DNA of 27,585 nucleotides, from NCBI GenBank assembly GCA_015655485.1, contig JAATEZ010000244.1, positions 1-27,585 of the forward strand, given 5' to 3'. Both the position numbers and the translations under genes were made by a program. The notes beneath the pieces are model-generated. The model was not told the DNA's origin. It did no database searches and saw nothing but the letters and a program-made list of their open reading frames with translations. This stretch comes from Lactobacillales bacterium (GTDB lineage: Bacteria; Bacillota; Bacilli; Lactobacillales; Vagococcaceae). This document shows positions 16,350 through 25,051 of this stretch, piece by piece. Numbering within the stretch: position 1 is the first letter of the stretch; every line of letters begins with the position of its first letter.

Positions 16350-17699
16350 TTAAAATAAAGCGACAATAAATGGAGCCGCATATAATGTCATAAATTGGAT
16401 CCCATAATTAACGCCTAAACGGTTTAACGTTCCACATGCCAAGCTGATCAAAAGGATCCCAAAAATATTGATCAGGCCGGCATCCATATAGGCCAGTAAA
16501 AAAACAAGAGCTATAAATAAAGCCAGAATAGCTTCATGCGGGATTTTTTTTAAAACAAAAACAGTAATACGTACAGCATAGCGCATAGAGATCCAGTAAA
16601 CCACTAAAATCGCGATCAAACTGCCCAGAATAAAAGCGGTCGTCAGGCTGCTTCGACTAAACTGATTGGTGATCGTATTCCCCATAGTAAAAATAGGCGG
16701 AGCCTCAAAAAAGGCGGCCCCAGGCCCAATCGCAGCAGGAGCTAAAGGAATTCCCAATGCGACAATGCAAATCACTAATCCAGACATATAGGTGCTTTGT
16801 GCCAGCGCGCTCATCACCACTAACGTCGTTTCGGCTCTCTGCCGGACTTTTTTTTCGTGTTTGCCGACTAGCTCCCCAAACAGAATGATCAATCCGACTG
16901 GACTCAAGACAAAAAGAAAACAGGAAACAAACGAAGCCAGACTGCTTCCTATCACTTCATTTGTTGTTAAAACATTCAATGGATTTAAACTTTCCTTCTC
17001 TTCTGTCAAAGCCGGCAGCCAGGTTTTTTTCTCCAAATTTGTCTGCAGTTTTTCCCGCTCTTTCTTTACAAATAAAGAAAGCAGCGAAAGTAATAAGGGA
17101 GCGACGGTGATCCCTAAAAAGAAAGAAGTTGTGATCGTCTTCTCTTTTGGCACGACACCAAGATCCCAGTATAAAACCCGCAACCCCTGAAAAAGCAGAG
17201 CCAAAGGTATGATGCTGATCAGTGATATCCCTTTAGCTTTGCTGATCAGTGAAAGAAAAACTGCGCCGAAAATAAACAACCAGGAAGCATATCCCTTGAT
17301 CGTCTCCGCAAAAGGAGCCATAAAATTAGCGATAAGCAAACTAGTCGTTAAGGAAATCAAGACGCCCAGCATGCTTGCGACAGCGGCTTTTTTTATCCCT
17401 AGAGCGGTGAGGCCCTGCTCCTTTAATAACAAGGCTTGTTCAACTATCGGCGTTGCCAGGACACCTCCCGGAAGTCCGACGATCAGTGCCGGCATAATGT
17501 TCATCAAACCTAAAGTCACAAAAGCGGCCACAAAAAAAGTTAGAACAATGATAGGCTTGATTCCGCCAAGAATCAAGGCCAACGAGACAGGCATCAAAAC
17601 AGATGTTTCATCAGTACCTGGTATAAACCCTATAAAAGTATATAAAACGGCAGCTCCTATTGCGGCGGCAGCCATTTCAACTAAAAGCGAAAATTCCAT
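16350..17699 (-). CDS. Tripartite tricarboxylate transporter TctA-like permease
   Basis: 449 aa and highly hydrophobic. 'IGFIPGTDETSVLMP', 'GLPGG' and 'ALGIPLAP' occupy the positions of the TctA G-xx-PG motifs. RBS AAGAAGGGGG. Confidence 0.75.
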   Translation of the reverse strand: MEFSLLVEMAAAAIGAAVLYTFIGFIPGTDETSVLMPVSLALILGGIKPIIVLTFFVAAFVTLGLMNIMPALIVGLPGGVLATPIVEQALLLKEQGLTALGIKKAAVASMLGVLISLTTSLLIANFMAPFAETIKGYASWLFIFGAVFLSLISKAKGISLISIIPLALLFQGLRVLYWDLGVVPKEKTITTSFFLGITVAPLLLSLLSLFVKKEREKLQTNLEKKTWLPALTEEKESLNPLNVLTTNEVIGSSLASFVSCFLFVLSPVGLIILFGELVGKHEKKVRQRAETTLVVMSALAQSTYMSGLVICIVALGIPLAPAAIGPGAAFFEAPPIFTMGNTITNQFSRSSLTTAFILGSLIAILVVYWISMRYAVRITVFVLKKIPHEAILALFIALVFLLAYMDAGLINIFGILLISLACGTLNRLGVNYGIQFMTLYAAPFIVALF

Positions 17700-17711
17700 A
17701 TTTCCCCCTTC

Positions 17712-17954
17712 TTAAAGCATTTTTTCATTTTTTTCTTCTTTTAAGATCCTTTTGGGCTTAATTAAAAAGGTATTTAGTAAAAAAGCCAGGATGGCTCCAG
17801 TCAATCCAAATAAAAGCTGTTGACTCGAACTATCTTTATCTGCTAGAAAAAAACCAATCATTGTAAAAAGCAAAGAAAAAAAAATGGAAATCACCAAATC
17901 TTTTGATCCAACCTTGTCTCCCCAAATTTCAAGAATTTCTCGCCTTTTTTCCAC
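17712..17954 (-). CDS. Small two-TM membrane protein, partner of the TctA-like gene
   Basis: GTG start after GAGGAGGTG, two hydrophobic segments and a basic tail; stops 12 bp before the permease start. Confidence 0.8.
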   Translation of the reverse strand: MEKRREILEIWGDKVGSKDLVISIFFSLLFTMIGFFLADKDSSSQQLLFGLTGAILAFLLNTFLIKPKRILKEEKNEKML

Positions 17955-18207
17955 ACTTTCACCTCCTCGTAAATTTTTTAATATTTATCTAAATATACCC
18001 ATTTATTAGCCTGCTAAAAAAGTCATTGATTTTTACTACAACTGATTTTCATTCTCAATTAAAAAGCAAAAAAAACTACCATAATCAGATTACAACATTT
18101 TTATCCAAATATCTAAACAATTTGCTCACTCTTTATAAATTCTTATCTGATTTCCATTCTTTGAATCATGCATAAATCAATTTCCATTCAACGACGGCCG
18201 GCTTTTC

Positions 18208-18236
18208 TTGCGCAATTCTTCTGAATTACGTATACT
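18208..18236 (+). promoter_or_regulatory. Putative sigma-A promoter for yigZ
   Basis: TTGCGC (18208-18213), 17 nt, TATACT (18231-18236), followed by RBS AAGGAG. Confidence 0.6.
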
Positions 18237-18264
18237 TTATACATAGAAATTTAAGGAGAAAAAT

Positions 18265-18897
18265 ATGCTAGACAGCTATATGACTATAAAACAAGATGGG
18301 CAGCATGAAATGGAGATTAAAAAATCAAAATTTATTTGTTTTTTTTCTCGGGTCGATTCAGAAGTTTCGGCCAAAAATTTTATTCAACTCAAAAAGAAGG
18401 AGCATTGGAAAGCAAACCACAATTGCAGTGCATTTATCGTAGGAGCAGAAAAAATCACCCAGCACAGCAGCGATGACGGCGAACCCAGCGGGACGGCGGG
18501 TACTCCTATGCTAGAAATACTGAAGAAAAAACAGCTGAGCAATGTTGTCGTCGTCGTTACCAGATATTTTGGCGGAACAAAACTCGGTACTGGAGGATTG
18601 ATCCGTGCTTACAGTCATGCAGTTTCTGAAACAATAGATATGATTGGACTAGTCAAAGGACAACGGCTTCAAGAGATCACCATTGAATTACAGTATTCGC
18701 TGCTTGGAAAACTGCAAAATTTTTTAGAACATTCTGCTTATCTAGTCAAAGACACTATCTACACAGAAAAAATCTGTGTGACCTGTATGATCGCCCCAAA
18801 GGACAATCCGCAATTTCAAACAGAAATCTTAAACCTTTTAAATGGACAATGCCAATTTGTCTTAGGGACTTTTTCCTATTTTGAAACATCTTATTGA
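18265..18897 (+). CDS. yigZ: YigZ/IMPACT-family protein
   Basis: 'EIKKSKFI', 'ANHNCSAF', 'SDDGEPSGTAGTPML', 'VVTRYFGGTKLGTGGLIRAY'. Confidence 0.96.
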   Translation: MLDSYMTIKQDGQHEMEIKKSKFICFFSRVDSEVSAKNFIQLKKKEHWKANHNCSAFIVGAEKITQHSSDDGEPSGTAGTPMLEILKKKQLSNVVVVVTRYFGGTKLGTGGLIRAYSHAVSETIDMIGLVKGQRLQEITIELQYSLLGKLQNFLEHSAYLVKDTIYTEKICVTCMIAPKDNPQFQTEILNLLNGQCQFVLGTFSYFETSY

Positions 18898-18945
18898 CAG
18901 ATAAGTTCGATTAAAGTAAGGGGGCCTTACCCATCCTAACAAAAA

Positions 18946-19017
18946 AATAAAAAATCTGCCTTGCTGACCTCCCCTGCAGAAATGAGGAGGAATCAGTCAA
19001 TAACAGACTTTTTTATT
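18946..19017. terminator. Long imperfect hairpin, probable bidirectional terminator between yigZ and uvrA
   Basis: Paired arms AATAAAAAATCTG/CAGACTTTTTTATT, TTGCTGA/TCAGTCAA and CCTCC/GGAGG. A small GTAAGG/CCTTAC hairpin precedes it at 18916-18930. Confidence 0.7.
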
Positions 19018-19037
19018 TGATCTACTATCTACTTACT

Positions 19038-21854
19038 CTACAGAACTTTCTTTAGATATTGTCCCGTGTAACTCTCAGAGACTTGCGCCACTGACTCAGG
19101 AGTCCCAGTAGCAACGATCATGCCCCCGGCAGCTCCGCCTTCCGGGCCTAAGTCGATCACATAGTCGGCTGTTTTGATGACATCAAGATTGTGTTCGATC
19201 ACCAGCACGGTATTCCCTGCATCGACTAAACGTTCCAATACCTTCAGCAAATGAGCAATATCTTCAGAATGCAAACCGGTCGTGGGTTCATCCAGAATGT
19301 AAAAACTTTTACCGGAAGATTTTTTATGCAGTTCGCTGGCTAGTTTCATTCTTTGCGCTTCGCCGCCAGAAAGTGTAGTGGCCGGCTGTCCCATGGTTAC
19401 ATAGCCTAAGCCCACATCTACGATCGTCTGTAATTTGCGCTGGATTTTGGGGATCTGCTGGAAAAACTCGACAGCATCGGCAACGGTCATATCCAAAACA
19501 TCAGCAATGTTTTTCCCTTTATACCGAACCTCCAACGTTTCTGAATTATATCTTTTCCCATGACAAACTTCGCAAGGAACATAAATATCCGGCAGAAAAT
19601 GCATTTCAATTTTTATAATGCCGTCTCCTTTGCAAGCCTCGCAGCGTCCGCCTTTCACATTAAAACTAAATCTTCCCTTCTGATAACCTCTGATTTTCGC
19701 TTCTGTCGTTCGTGCAAACAAATCCCGAATATCATCAAATACACTTGTATAGGTCGCCGGATTGCTTCTGGGTGTCCGGCCAATAGGACTTTGATCGATA
19801 TCAATAATTTTTTCTATTTTTTCATAGCCGGAAATGCTCTTATATTTTCCAGGTTTATGTGAATTGCGATTGATTTTTTGTGCCAATGCTTTTTTTAGGA
19901 TCTGATTGACTAGCGTGCTTTTCCCAGAACCGGAAACTCCTGTTACAGCCGTAAAAGTCCCTAAAGGAAAATCAACATTGATATTTTTAAGATTATTTTC
20001 AGCAGCACCTTTGATTGTGATTTTTTTGCCATTTCCCTTGCGCCGCTTGTTTGGAACAGGTATTCTTCGCTTTCCGGATAAATACTGACCCGTTAAGGAG
20101 TCAGGATTCGCGGCAACTTCAGCCGGGGTACCGGCGGCAACGATTTTTCCACCCAGTTCGCCTGCTCCGGGACCGATATCTATCAAATAATCCGCACTCA
20201 TCATGGTTTCTTCATCATGTTCTACAATGATCAGCGTATTCCCGAGATCTCTCATCTTCTTCAAAGATTCGATTAAACGGGCATTATCCCGCTGATGCAA
20301 ACCAATGGACGGCTCGTCTAAAATATATAAAACACCAGATAAATTTGAACCGATTTGTGTAGCTAAACGTATTCTTTGCGCTTCTCCGCCCGATAAAGTA
20401 CCGGAAGCGCGGCTCAACGTCAAATACTCAAGACCCACATTTTGTAAAAAAGTCAGACGATCCCTGACTTCCTTTAAAATAGGTTTCGCAATCATCGTTT
20501 CACTCGAGCTCAGTTCTACATTTTCTATGAAGTTTAAGGCATTGCTAATAGTCAAATGGCTCAACTCGCCAATATTCGTCCCGGCTACTTTTACTGATAG
20601 GGCTTGAGGATTCAATCTTAGACCATGACAAGTTTGGCAAGGCAGTTCAGTCATATAAAGACGCATTTGTTCACGAGTAAAGTCGCTGCTGGTTTCATCG
20701 TATCTGCGGGCAATATTTTTCAAAACACCTTCAAAAGGAACCTCTACATCTCTCACGCCGCCAAAATCATTTTCATAGTGAAACTTGAACAACGCTCCAT
20801 TAGATCCACTCATTATCAGATCCTGATCCTCTGGTGATAGTTCTTCATAGGGAGTGTCCAAATCAATATGGAATGTATGACACGCCTGCTCCAGCATTTG
20901 CGGATAATAGTTAGAGCTGATCGCATTCCAAGGGATGATTGCTCCCTTCCGCAATGTTTTAGTTGCATCAGGGATCACTAAATCGATATCCACCTCTAAT
21001 TTTATCCCTAAACCGTCACAGTCCGGACAGGCTCCAAACGGAGCATTAAAAGAAAACAATCTTGGTTCTAATTCTCCCACCGTAAAACCGCAATAAGGAC
21101 AGGCATAGTGTTCGCTAAATAATATTTCTTCCTTGCCGATCACATCGACCAGCGCATAGCCGTCTGCTAACCGCAGAGCAGCCTCGAAAGAATCAAAAAG
21201 ACGTGAACGGATCCCTTCCTTAACAACGATTCGGTCGACAACTATTTCAATTTGATGTTTTAAATTCTTTTCCAGCTCAGGAACTTCGGAAATATCATAG
21301 GTCCCGCCATCCACTCTGACACGGACATACCCTTCTTTTTTGATCATTTCAAATACTTTTTTATGCTGACCCTTTTTTCGCACTACTACTGGTGCCAGTA
21401 TTTGAATACGCGTCTTTTCAGGAAAATCCAAAACTCGATCAACCATCTGCTCAACGGATTGGCTGGAGATCTCCGTTCCATCATTCGGGCAAATCGGATG
21501 CCCCACCCGCGCATACATCAACCGCAGATAATCATTGATTTCAGTGACCGTTCCGACTGTCGACCGCGGATTTTTGCTGGTCGTCTTTTGATCAATAGAG
21601 ATAGCCGGACTCAACCCATCAATACTATCCACATCGGGTTTGTCCATCTGTCCCAAAAATTGCCGGGCATAGGCAGAAAGGCTTTCAACATATCGACGTT
21701 GTCCTTCAGCATAAAGAGTGTCAAAAGCTAAAGAACTTTTTCCTGATCCCGAAAGTCCTGTCATTACCACCATTTTGTCTCTGGGTATCGTCACATCAAT
21801 ATTTTTTAAATTATGTGCTCGCGCACCGTGGATCACAATTTTATCATTTACCAT
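19038..21854 (-). CDS. uvrA: Excinuclease ABC subunit A
   Basis: Two ABC ATPase domains (GLSGSGKSS and GVSGSGKST), two LSGGEAQR signatures and zinc-finger CxxC motifs; 938 aa. Confidence 0.99.
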   Translation of the reverse strand: MVNDKIVIHGARAHNLKNIDVTIPRDKMVVMTGLSGSGKSSLAFDTLYAEGQRRYVESLSAYARQFLGQMDKPDVDSIDGLSPAISIDQKTTSKNPRSTVGTVTEINDYLRLMYARVGHPICPNDGTEISSQSVEQMVDRVLDFPEKTRIQILAPVVVRKKGQHKKVFEMIKKEGYVRVRVDGGTYDISEVPELEKNLKHQIEIVVDRIVVKEGIRSRLFDSFEAALRLADGYALVDVIGKEEILFSEHYACPYCGFTVGELEPRLFSFNAPFGACPDCDGLGIKLEVDIDLVIPDATKTLRKGAIIPWNAISSNYYPQMLEQACHTFHIDLDTPYEELSPEDQDLIMSGSNGALFKFHYENDFGGVRDVEVPFEGVLKNIARRYDETSSDFTREQMRLYMTELPCQTCHGLRLNPQALSVKVAGTNIGELSHLTISNALNFIENVELSSSETMIAKPILKEVRDRLTFLQNVGLEYLTLSRASGTLSGGEAQRIRLATQIGSNLSGVLYILDEPSIGLHQRDNARLIESLKKMRDLGNTLIIVEHDEETMMSADYLIDIGPGAGELGGKIVAAGTPAEVAANPDSLTGQYLSGKRRIPVPNKRRKGNGKKITIKGAAENNLKNINVDFPLGTFTAVTGVSGSGKSTLVNQILKKALAQKINRNSHKPGKYKSISGYEKIEKIIDIDQSPIGRTPRSNPATYTSVFDDIRDLFARTTEAKIRGYQKGRFSFNVKGGRCEACKGDGIIKIEMHFLPDIYVPCEVCHGKRYNSETLEVRYKGKNIADVLDMTVADAVEFFQQIPKIQRKLQTIVDVGLGYVTMGQPATTLSGGEAQRMKLASELHKKSSGKSFYILDEPTTGLHSEDIAHLLKVLERLVDAGNTVLVIEHNLDVIKTADYVIDLGPEGGAAGGMIVATGTPESVAQVSESYTGQYLKKVL

Positions 21855-21898
21855 AAAGTATCTACCTCAGTATTTCTTCGAAAATCATGGATGAAATC

Positions 21899-23893
21899 CT
21901 AGCTGCTTGCCTTTAATTCTAATAATGTATCTCTCAGAGCAGCTGCCTTTTCAAAGTCCAAAGCTTTTGCAGCTGTCTTCATTTCTTTTTCCATATTCAC
22001 TAACAACTCTTGTTTTTCCTTATAAGATAAGTCCTGATAACTTCTCTTCACTTGATTTTCATCGACATCTTCAGCAGCCTTCGTGATGCTGATCAAGTCG
22101 CGAATTTCCTTAATGATCGTTTTCGGTGTAATGCTGTGTTCTTGATTATAAGCCTCTTGTATGGAACGTCTCCGTGAAGTTTCACCGATCGCCTTTTCCA
22201 TCGAATCCGTTATTTTATCCGCATACATGATCACTTTTCCATCTACATTCCGCGCCGCCCGCCCCATCGTCTGGATCAAAGAACGCTCGCTTCTCAAGAA
22301 TCCTTCTTTATCTGCATCGAGAATAGCTACCAAAGAGACCTCCGGCACATCCAATCCTTCTCTTAATAAGTTGATCCCAACTAATACATCAAACTCGCCT
22401 AACCGCAGATCACGAATGATCTCCGTTCGTTCCAATGTTTTGATATCACTATGCAGATATTTTACTATGATCCCTAATTCCTTTAAATAATCTGTTAAAT
22501 CCTCTGACATTTTTTTGGTTAACGTGGTGATAAATACTCGCTCATGCTTATCAGCGCGCAGGTTGATCTCACCAACCAGATCATCTATTTGTCCCATGAT
22601 AGGCCGAATTTCAATGACCGGATCAAGCAATCCTGTCGGTCGGATGATTTGTTCAATGACTTCATCCGTTTTCTCGTATTCATAGGGGCCCGGAGTCGCG
22701 GATATATAAGAAATCTGGTGGACATGCTTTTCAAATTCTTCGATTCGCAACGGCCGGTTATCCAATGCGCTTGGCAGTCTAAATCCATAGTCGACCAGCA
22801 TTTGTTTACGGCTGCGATCGCCCTTGTACATTCCGCGTACCTGCGGCATGGTCACATGCGATTCATCCACAAAGATCTGAAAATCATCCGGGAAAAAGTC
22901 CAGCAGGGTATACGGCGGTTCGCCTTCTTTTCGGCCATCCATATGTCTGGAATAATTTTCGATCCCGGAACAATAACCCATCTCCCGCATCATTTCAATA
23001 TCATAATTTGTTCGCTGTTCCAGCCGCTGCGCCTCGATAAGCTTATTCTCTTGGCGTAATACCTTTAAGCGATCCTCCAGCTCTGTCTGAATATTGGCGA
23101 TCGCCTGTTCCATATGCTCTTCATTCGTTACAAAATGGGTCGCCGGAAATATAGCCACATGCTCACGATCGGCAATGATCTCGCCAGTTAAGGCATTCAC
23201 TTCGCGTATCCGCTCAATTTCATCTCCAAAAAACTCGATTCTCAATGCTTCTTCGGCTCTTGATGCCGGAAAGATCTCTACCACATCTCCGCGTACACGA
23301 AACTTGCCTCGCTGAAAATCGATATCGTTGCGTTCGAATTGAATATCTACCAGTTGATGCAGCAAGCCGCTCCGATCCATTTCCATCCCAGCTCTTAACG
23401 AAACCACCTGATCGTAATATTCATCCGGATTCCCTAATCCATAAATACACGAAACTGAAGCAACCACGATCACATCGTTGCGCTCAAGCAGTGAGCTGGT
23501 GGCTGAATGTCGTAATTTATCTATTTCATCATTGACACTGGCATCTTTTTCAATATAAGTATCACTGGAAGGAACATAGGCTTCCGGTTGATAATAATCA
23601 TAATAACTGACAAAATATTCTACTGCGTTATTGGGAAAAAACTCTTTGAATTCCCCATATAGCTGTCCAGCTAGAGTCTTATTATGAGCGATGATCAATG
23701 TAGGCTTATTGATCTGCTGGATCACATTAGAAATGGTGAACGTTTTACCAGTACCCGTTGCCCCTAATAATATTTGAGCTTTCTTTCCGGCCCTGATATT
23801 TTTGACCATTTTTTCGATCGCTTGCGGCTGATCGCCACTAGGTTTATATTTTGAAACAAGTTCAAATTTTTGGGAATCATCTCGGATAATCAC
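21899..23893 (-). CDS. uvrB: Excinuclease ABC subunit B
   Basis: 'PSGDQPQAI', 'GATGTGKT', '[14 protein letters not shown]', 'DESH', '[10 protein letters not shown]' and a C-terminal UVR domain. Confidence 0.99.
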   Translation of the reverse strand: MIIRDDSQKFELVSKYKPSGDQPQAIEKMVKNIRAGKKAQILLGATGTGKTFTISNVIQQINKPTLIIAHNKTLAGQLYGEFKEFFPNNAVEYFVSYYDYYQPEAYVPSSDTYIEKDASVNDEIDKLRHSATSSLLERNDVIVVASVSCIYGLGNPDEYYDQVVSLRAGMEMDRSGLLHQLVDIQFERNDIDFQRGKFRVRGDVVEIFPASRAEEALRIEFFGDEIERIREVNALTGEIIADREHVAIFPATHFVTNEEHMEQAIANIQTELEDRLKVLRQENKLIEAQRLEQRTNYDIEMMREMGYCSGIENYSRHMDGRKEGEPPYTLLDFFPDDFQIFVDESHVTMPQVRGMYKGDRSRKQMLVDYGFRLPSALDNRPLRIEEFEKHVHQISYISATPGPYEYEKTDEVIEQIIRPTGLLDPVIEIRPIMGQIDDLVGEINLRADKHERVFITTLTKKMSEDLTDYLKELGIIVKYLHSDIKTLERTEIIRDLRLGEFDVLVGINLLREGLDVPEVSLVAILDADKEGFLRSERSLIQTMGRAARNVDGKVIMYADKITDSMEKAIGETSRRRSIQEAYNQEHSITPKTIIKEIRDLISITKAAEDVDENQVKRSYQDLSYKEKQELLVNMEKEMKTAAKALDFEKAAALRDTLLELKASS

Positions 23894-23970
23894 ACTAGTT
23901 CCCTCCTCTTAAAATTCTAAGAATTCTTCAAAAAAATAGGAAAGCCGCTGCTCTCCTTTTCTACATTAAT

Positions 23971-23999
23971 ATTTTATCATAGGGAACATATTTTCGCCA
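23971..23999 (-). promoter_or_regulatory. Putative uvrB promoter
   Basis: The minus strand reads TGGCGA (23999-23994), 17 nt ending in TGA, then TAAAAT (23976-23971), an extended -10. Confidence 0.6.
23983..23996. promoter_or_regulatory. LexA operator (Gram-positive SOS/Cheo box) overlapping the uvrB promoter
   Basis: GGAACATATTTTCG versus the consensus CGAAC-N4-GTTCG: one mismatch in the GAAC-N4-GTTC core and one in the flank. It covers the promoter spacer and -35 of a canonical SOS gene. Confidence 0.75.
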
Positions 24000-24046
24000 G
24001 TTATACGTTTTATTTTAATCTTTTGTTCCCTTTTTTAAAACTATTT

Positions 24047-24075
24047 TTTAAAATGTCTACTAGTACTATTATAAT
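24047..24075 (+). promoter_or_regulatory. Putative sigma-A promoter for the 24128 gene
   Basis: TTTAAA (24047-24052), 17 nt, TATAAT (24070-24075); RBS AAGGAG precedes the GTG at 24128. Confidence 0.55.
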
Positions 24076-24127
24076 TTTTGGGTGTATAGTTATCAAGAGA
24101 GTGAAAAAAGAAAAAGGAGAAAGATAA

Positions 24128-24547
24128 GTGAAGAACGGATTAATTATTTTTTTAAATGAAGAAAAAGAATCTGCTTTCAAACTTTTCAAAGTTTTAAGCG
24201 ATACTCAATCAGATACACACTGGGAAATGGCCGCGATCTCAAAAGCAGCGGACATTTTAGCTCAAAATGATCAAATAACTGTTCTATATTATTTGCCGCT
24301 GGCAAAAAACAAACGAAAAGAAACTTTAGAAAAATGTATCAGCCATCCATAATTCATTTTATTGTCCGATGAAGCACTGAAAAAATTATTATCCGGCAGC
24401 AAAAAAGCGGAAGGACAAAGTGAAAAAAATTTCGAGATCCCTAAGAACAAAGTATCCTTTTCAAGAAAAATACCTTTGATAATTGGACTTCTTCTGCTGA
24501 TTTTCATCCTGATCCTCACTTGTTTTTTCCTTTTTAACAGCCGCTAA
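24128..24547 (+). pseudogene. Hypothetical tail-anchored membrane protein (139 codons) with one in-frame TAA at 24350-24352
   Basis: The two track ORFs (24128-24352 and 24362-24547) share a frame: ...CISHP*FILLSDEALKK...IPLIIGLLLLIFILILTCFFLFNSR. Only the first has an RBS and promoter. Confidence 0.6.
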
Positions 24548-24569
24548 ACCTGCACTGCATATCCCAAAA

Positions 24570-24876
24570 AAAAGCTGAATGAACTGTTTCAGCTTGTGAG
24601 CAAAATAGGCACTGGGAACAAAGACGCTTTTGGTCTTTGCGACAAGTGATCTTTTTGCCGAAACAAGCTAGTTCATTCAGCTAGATCCAGAAAAGCTGAA
24701 TGAGGCATATAAGACTTTGAGCCATAGTGATTAAAAAATTTTAGTGAGGCAGGGCCACACGATTTTTTACTGAACTATGGCCGATAAGTCTGCCTCATGA
24801 AGCTGGATCCAGAAAAGCTGAATGAGGCATATAAGACTTTTAGCCATAGTGATTGAAAAATTTTAGTGAGGCACAC
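24570..24876. repeat. Array 2 of modular ~121-bp hairpin repeats (module A 24570-24690, module C 24691-24812, truncated second C 24813-24876)
   Basis: AAAAGCTGAA occurs at 24570, 24691 and 24813. The first ~108 bp differ from 1197-1304 at only a handful of positions, and 24813-24873 matches 24691-24751 at 59 of 61 bases. Confidence 0.9.
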
Positions 24877-24965
24877 AAATATCCTGAATTTAAAAAGGCA
24901 GAAAAACAAAAGTTCCCTTAAAAATAGCAGTAAGGAGCTGTAAATCCTCAAAATTTCAAATAATA

Positions 24966-25014
24966 AGATAAAGCGGCTAGAGAAGATCTCTAGCCGCTTT
25001 ATCTGATTTTTTTT
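24966..25014. terminator. Perfect 17-bp-stem hairpin, probable bidirectional terminator downstream of dnaJ
   Basis: AGATAAAGCGGCTAGAG (24966-24982), loop AAGAT, CTCTAGCCGCTTTATCT (24988-25004), then GA and a T-run. Confidence 0.85.
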
Positions 25015-25051
25015 AATCTATAAGAAGGACCGTTACAGCTAAAAAATCAAC

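Noticed and set aside
18897-18910. GACAGATAAGTTCG as a second SOS box
   Set aside because: Only one GTTCG half-site is present, and it lies downstream of two convergent genes rather than at a promoter.
24570-24812. Integron attC sites
   Set aside because: Size and hairpin form are similar, but the ends do not match RYYYAAC...GTTRRRY and no integron integrase is in the window.
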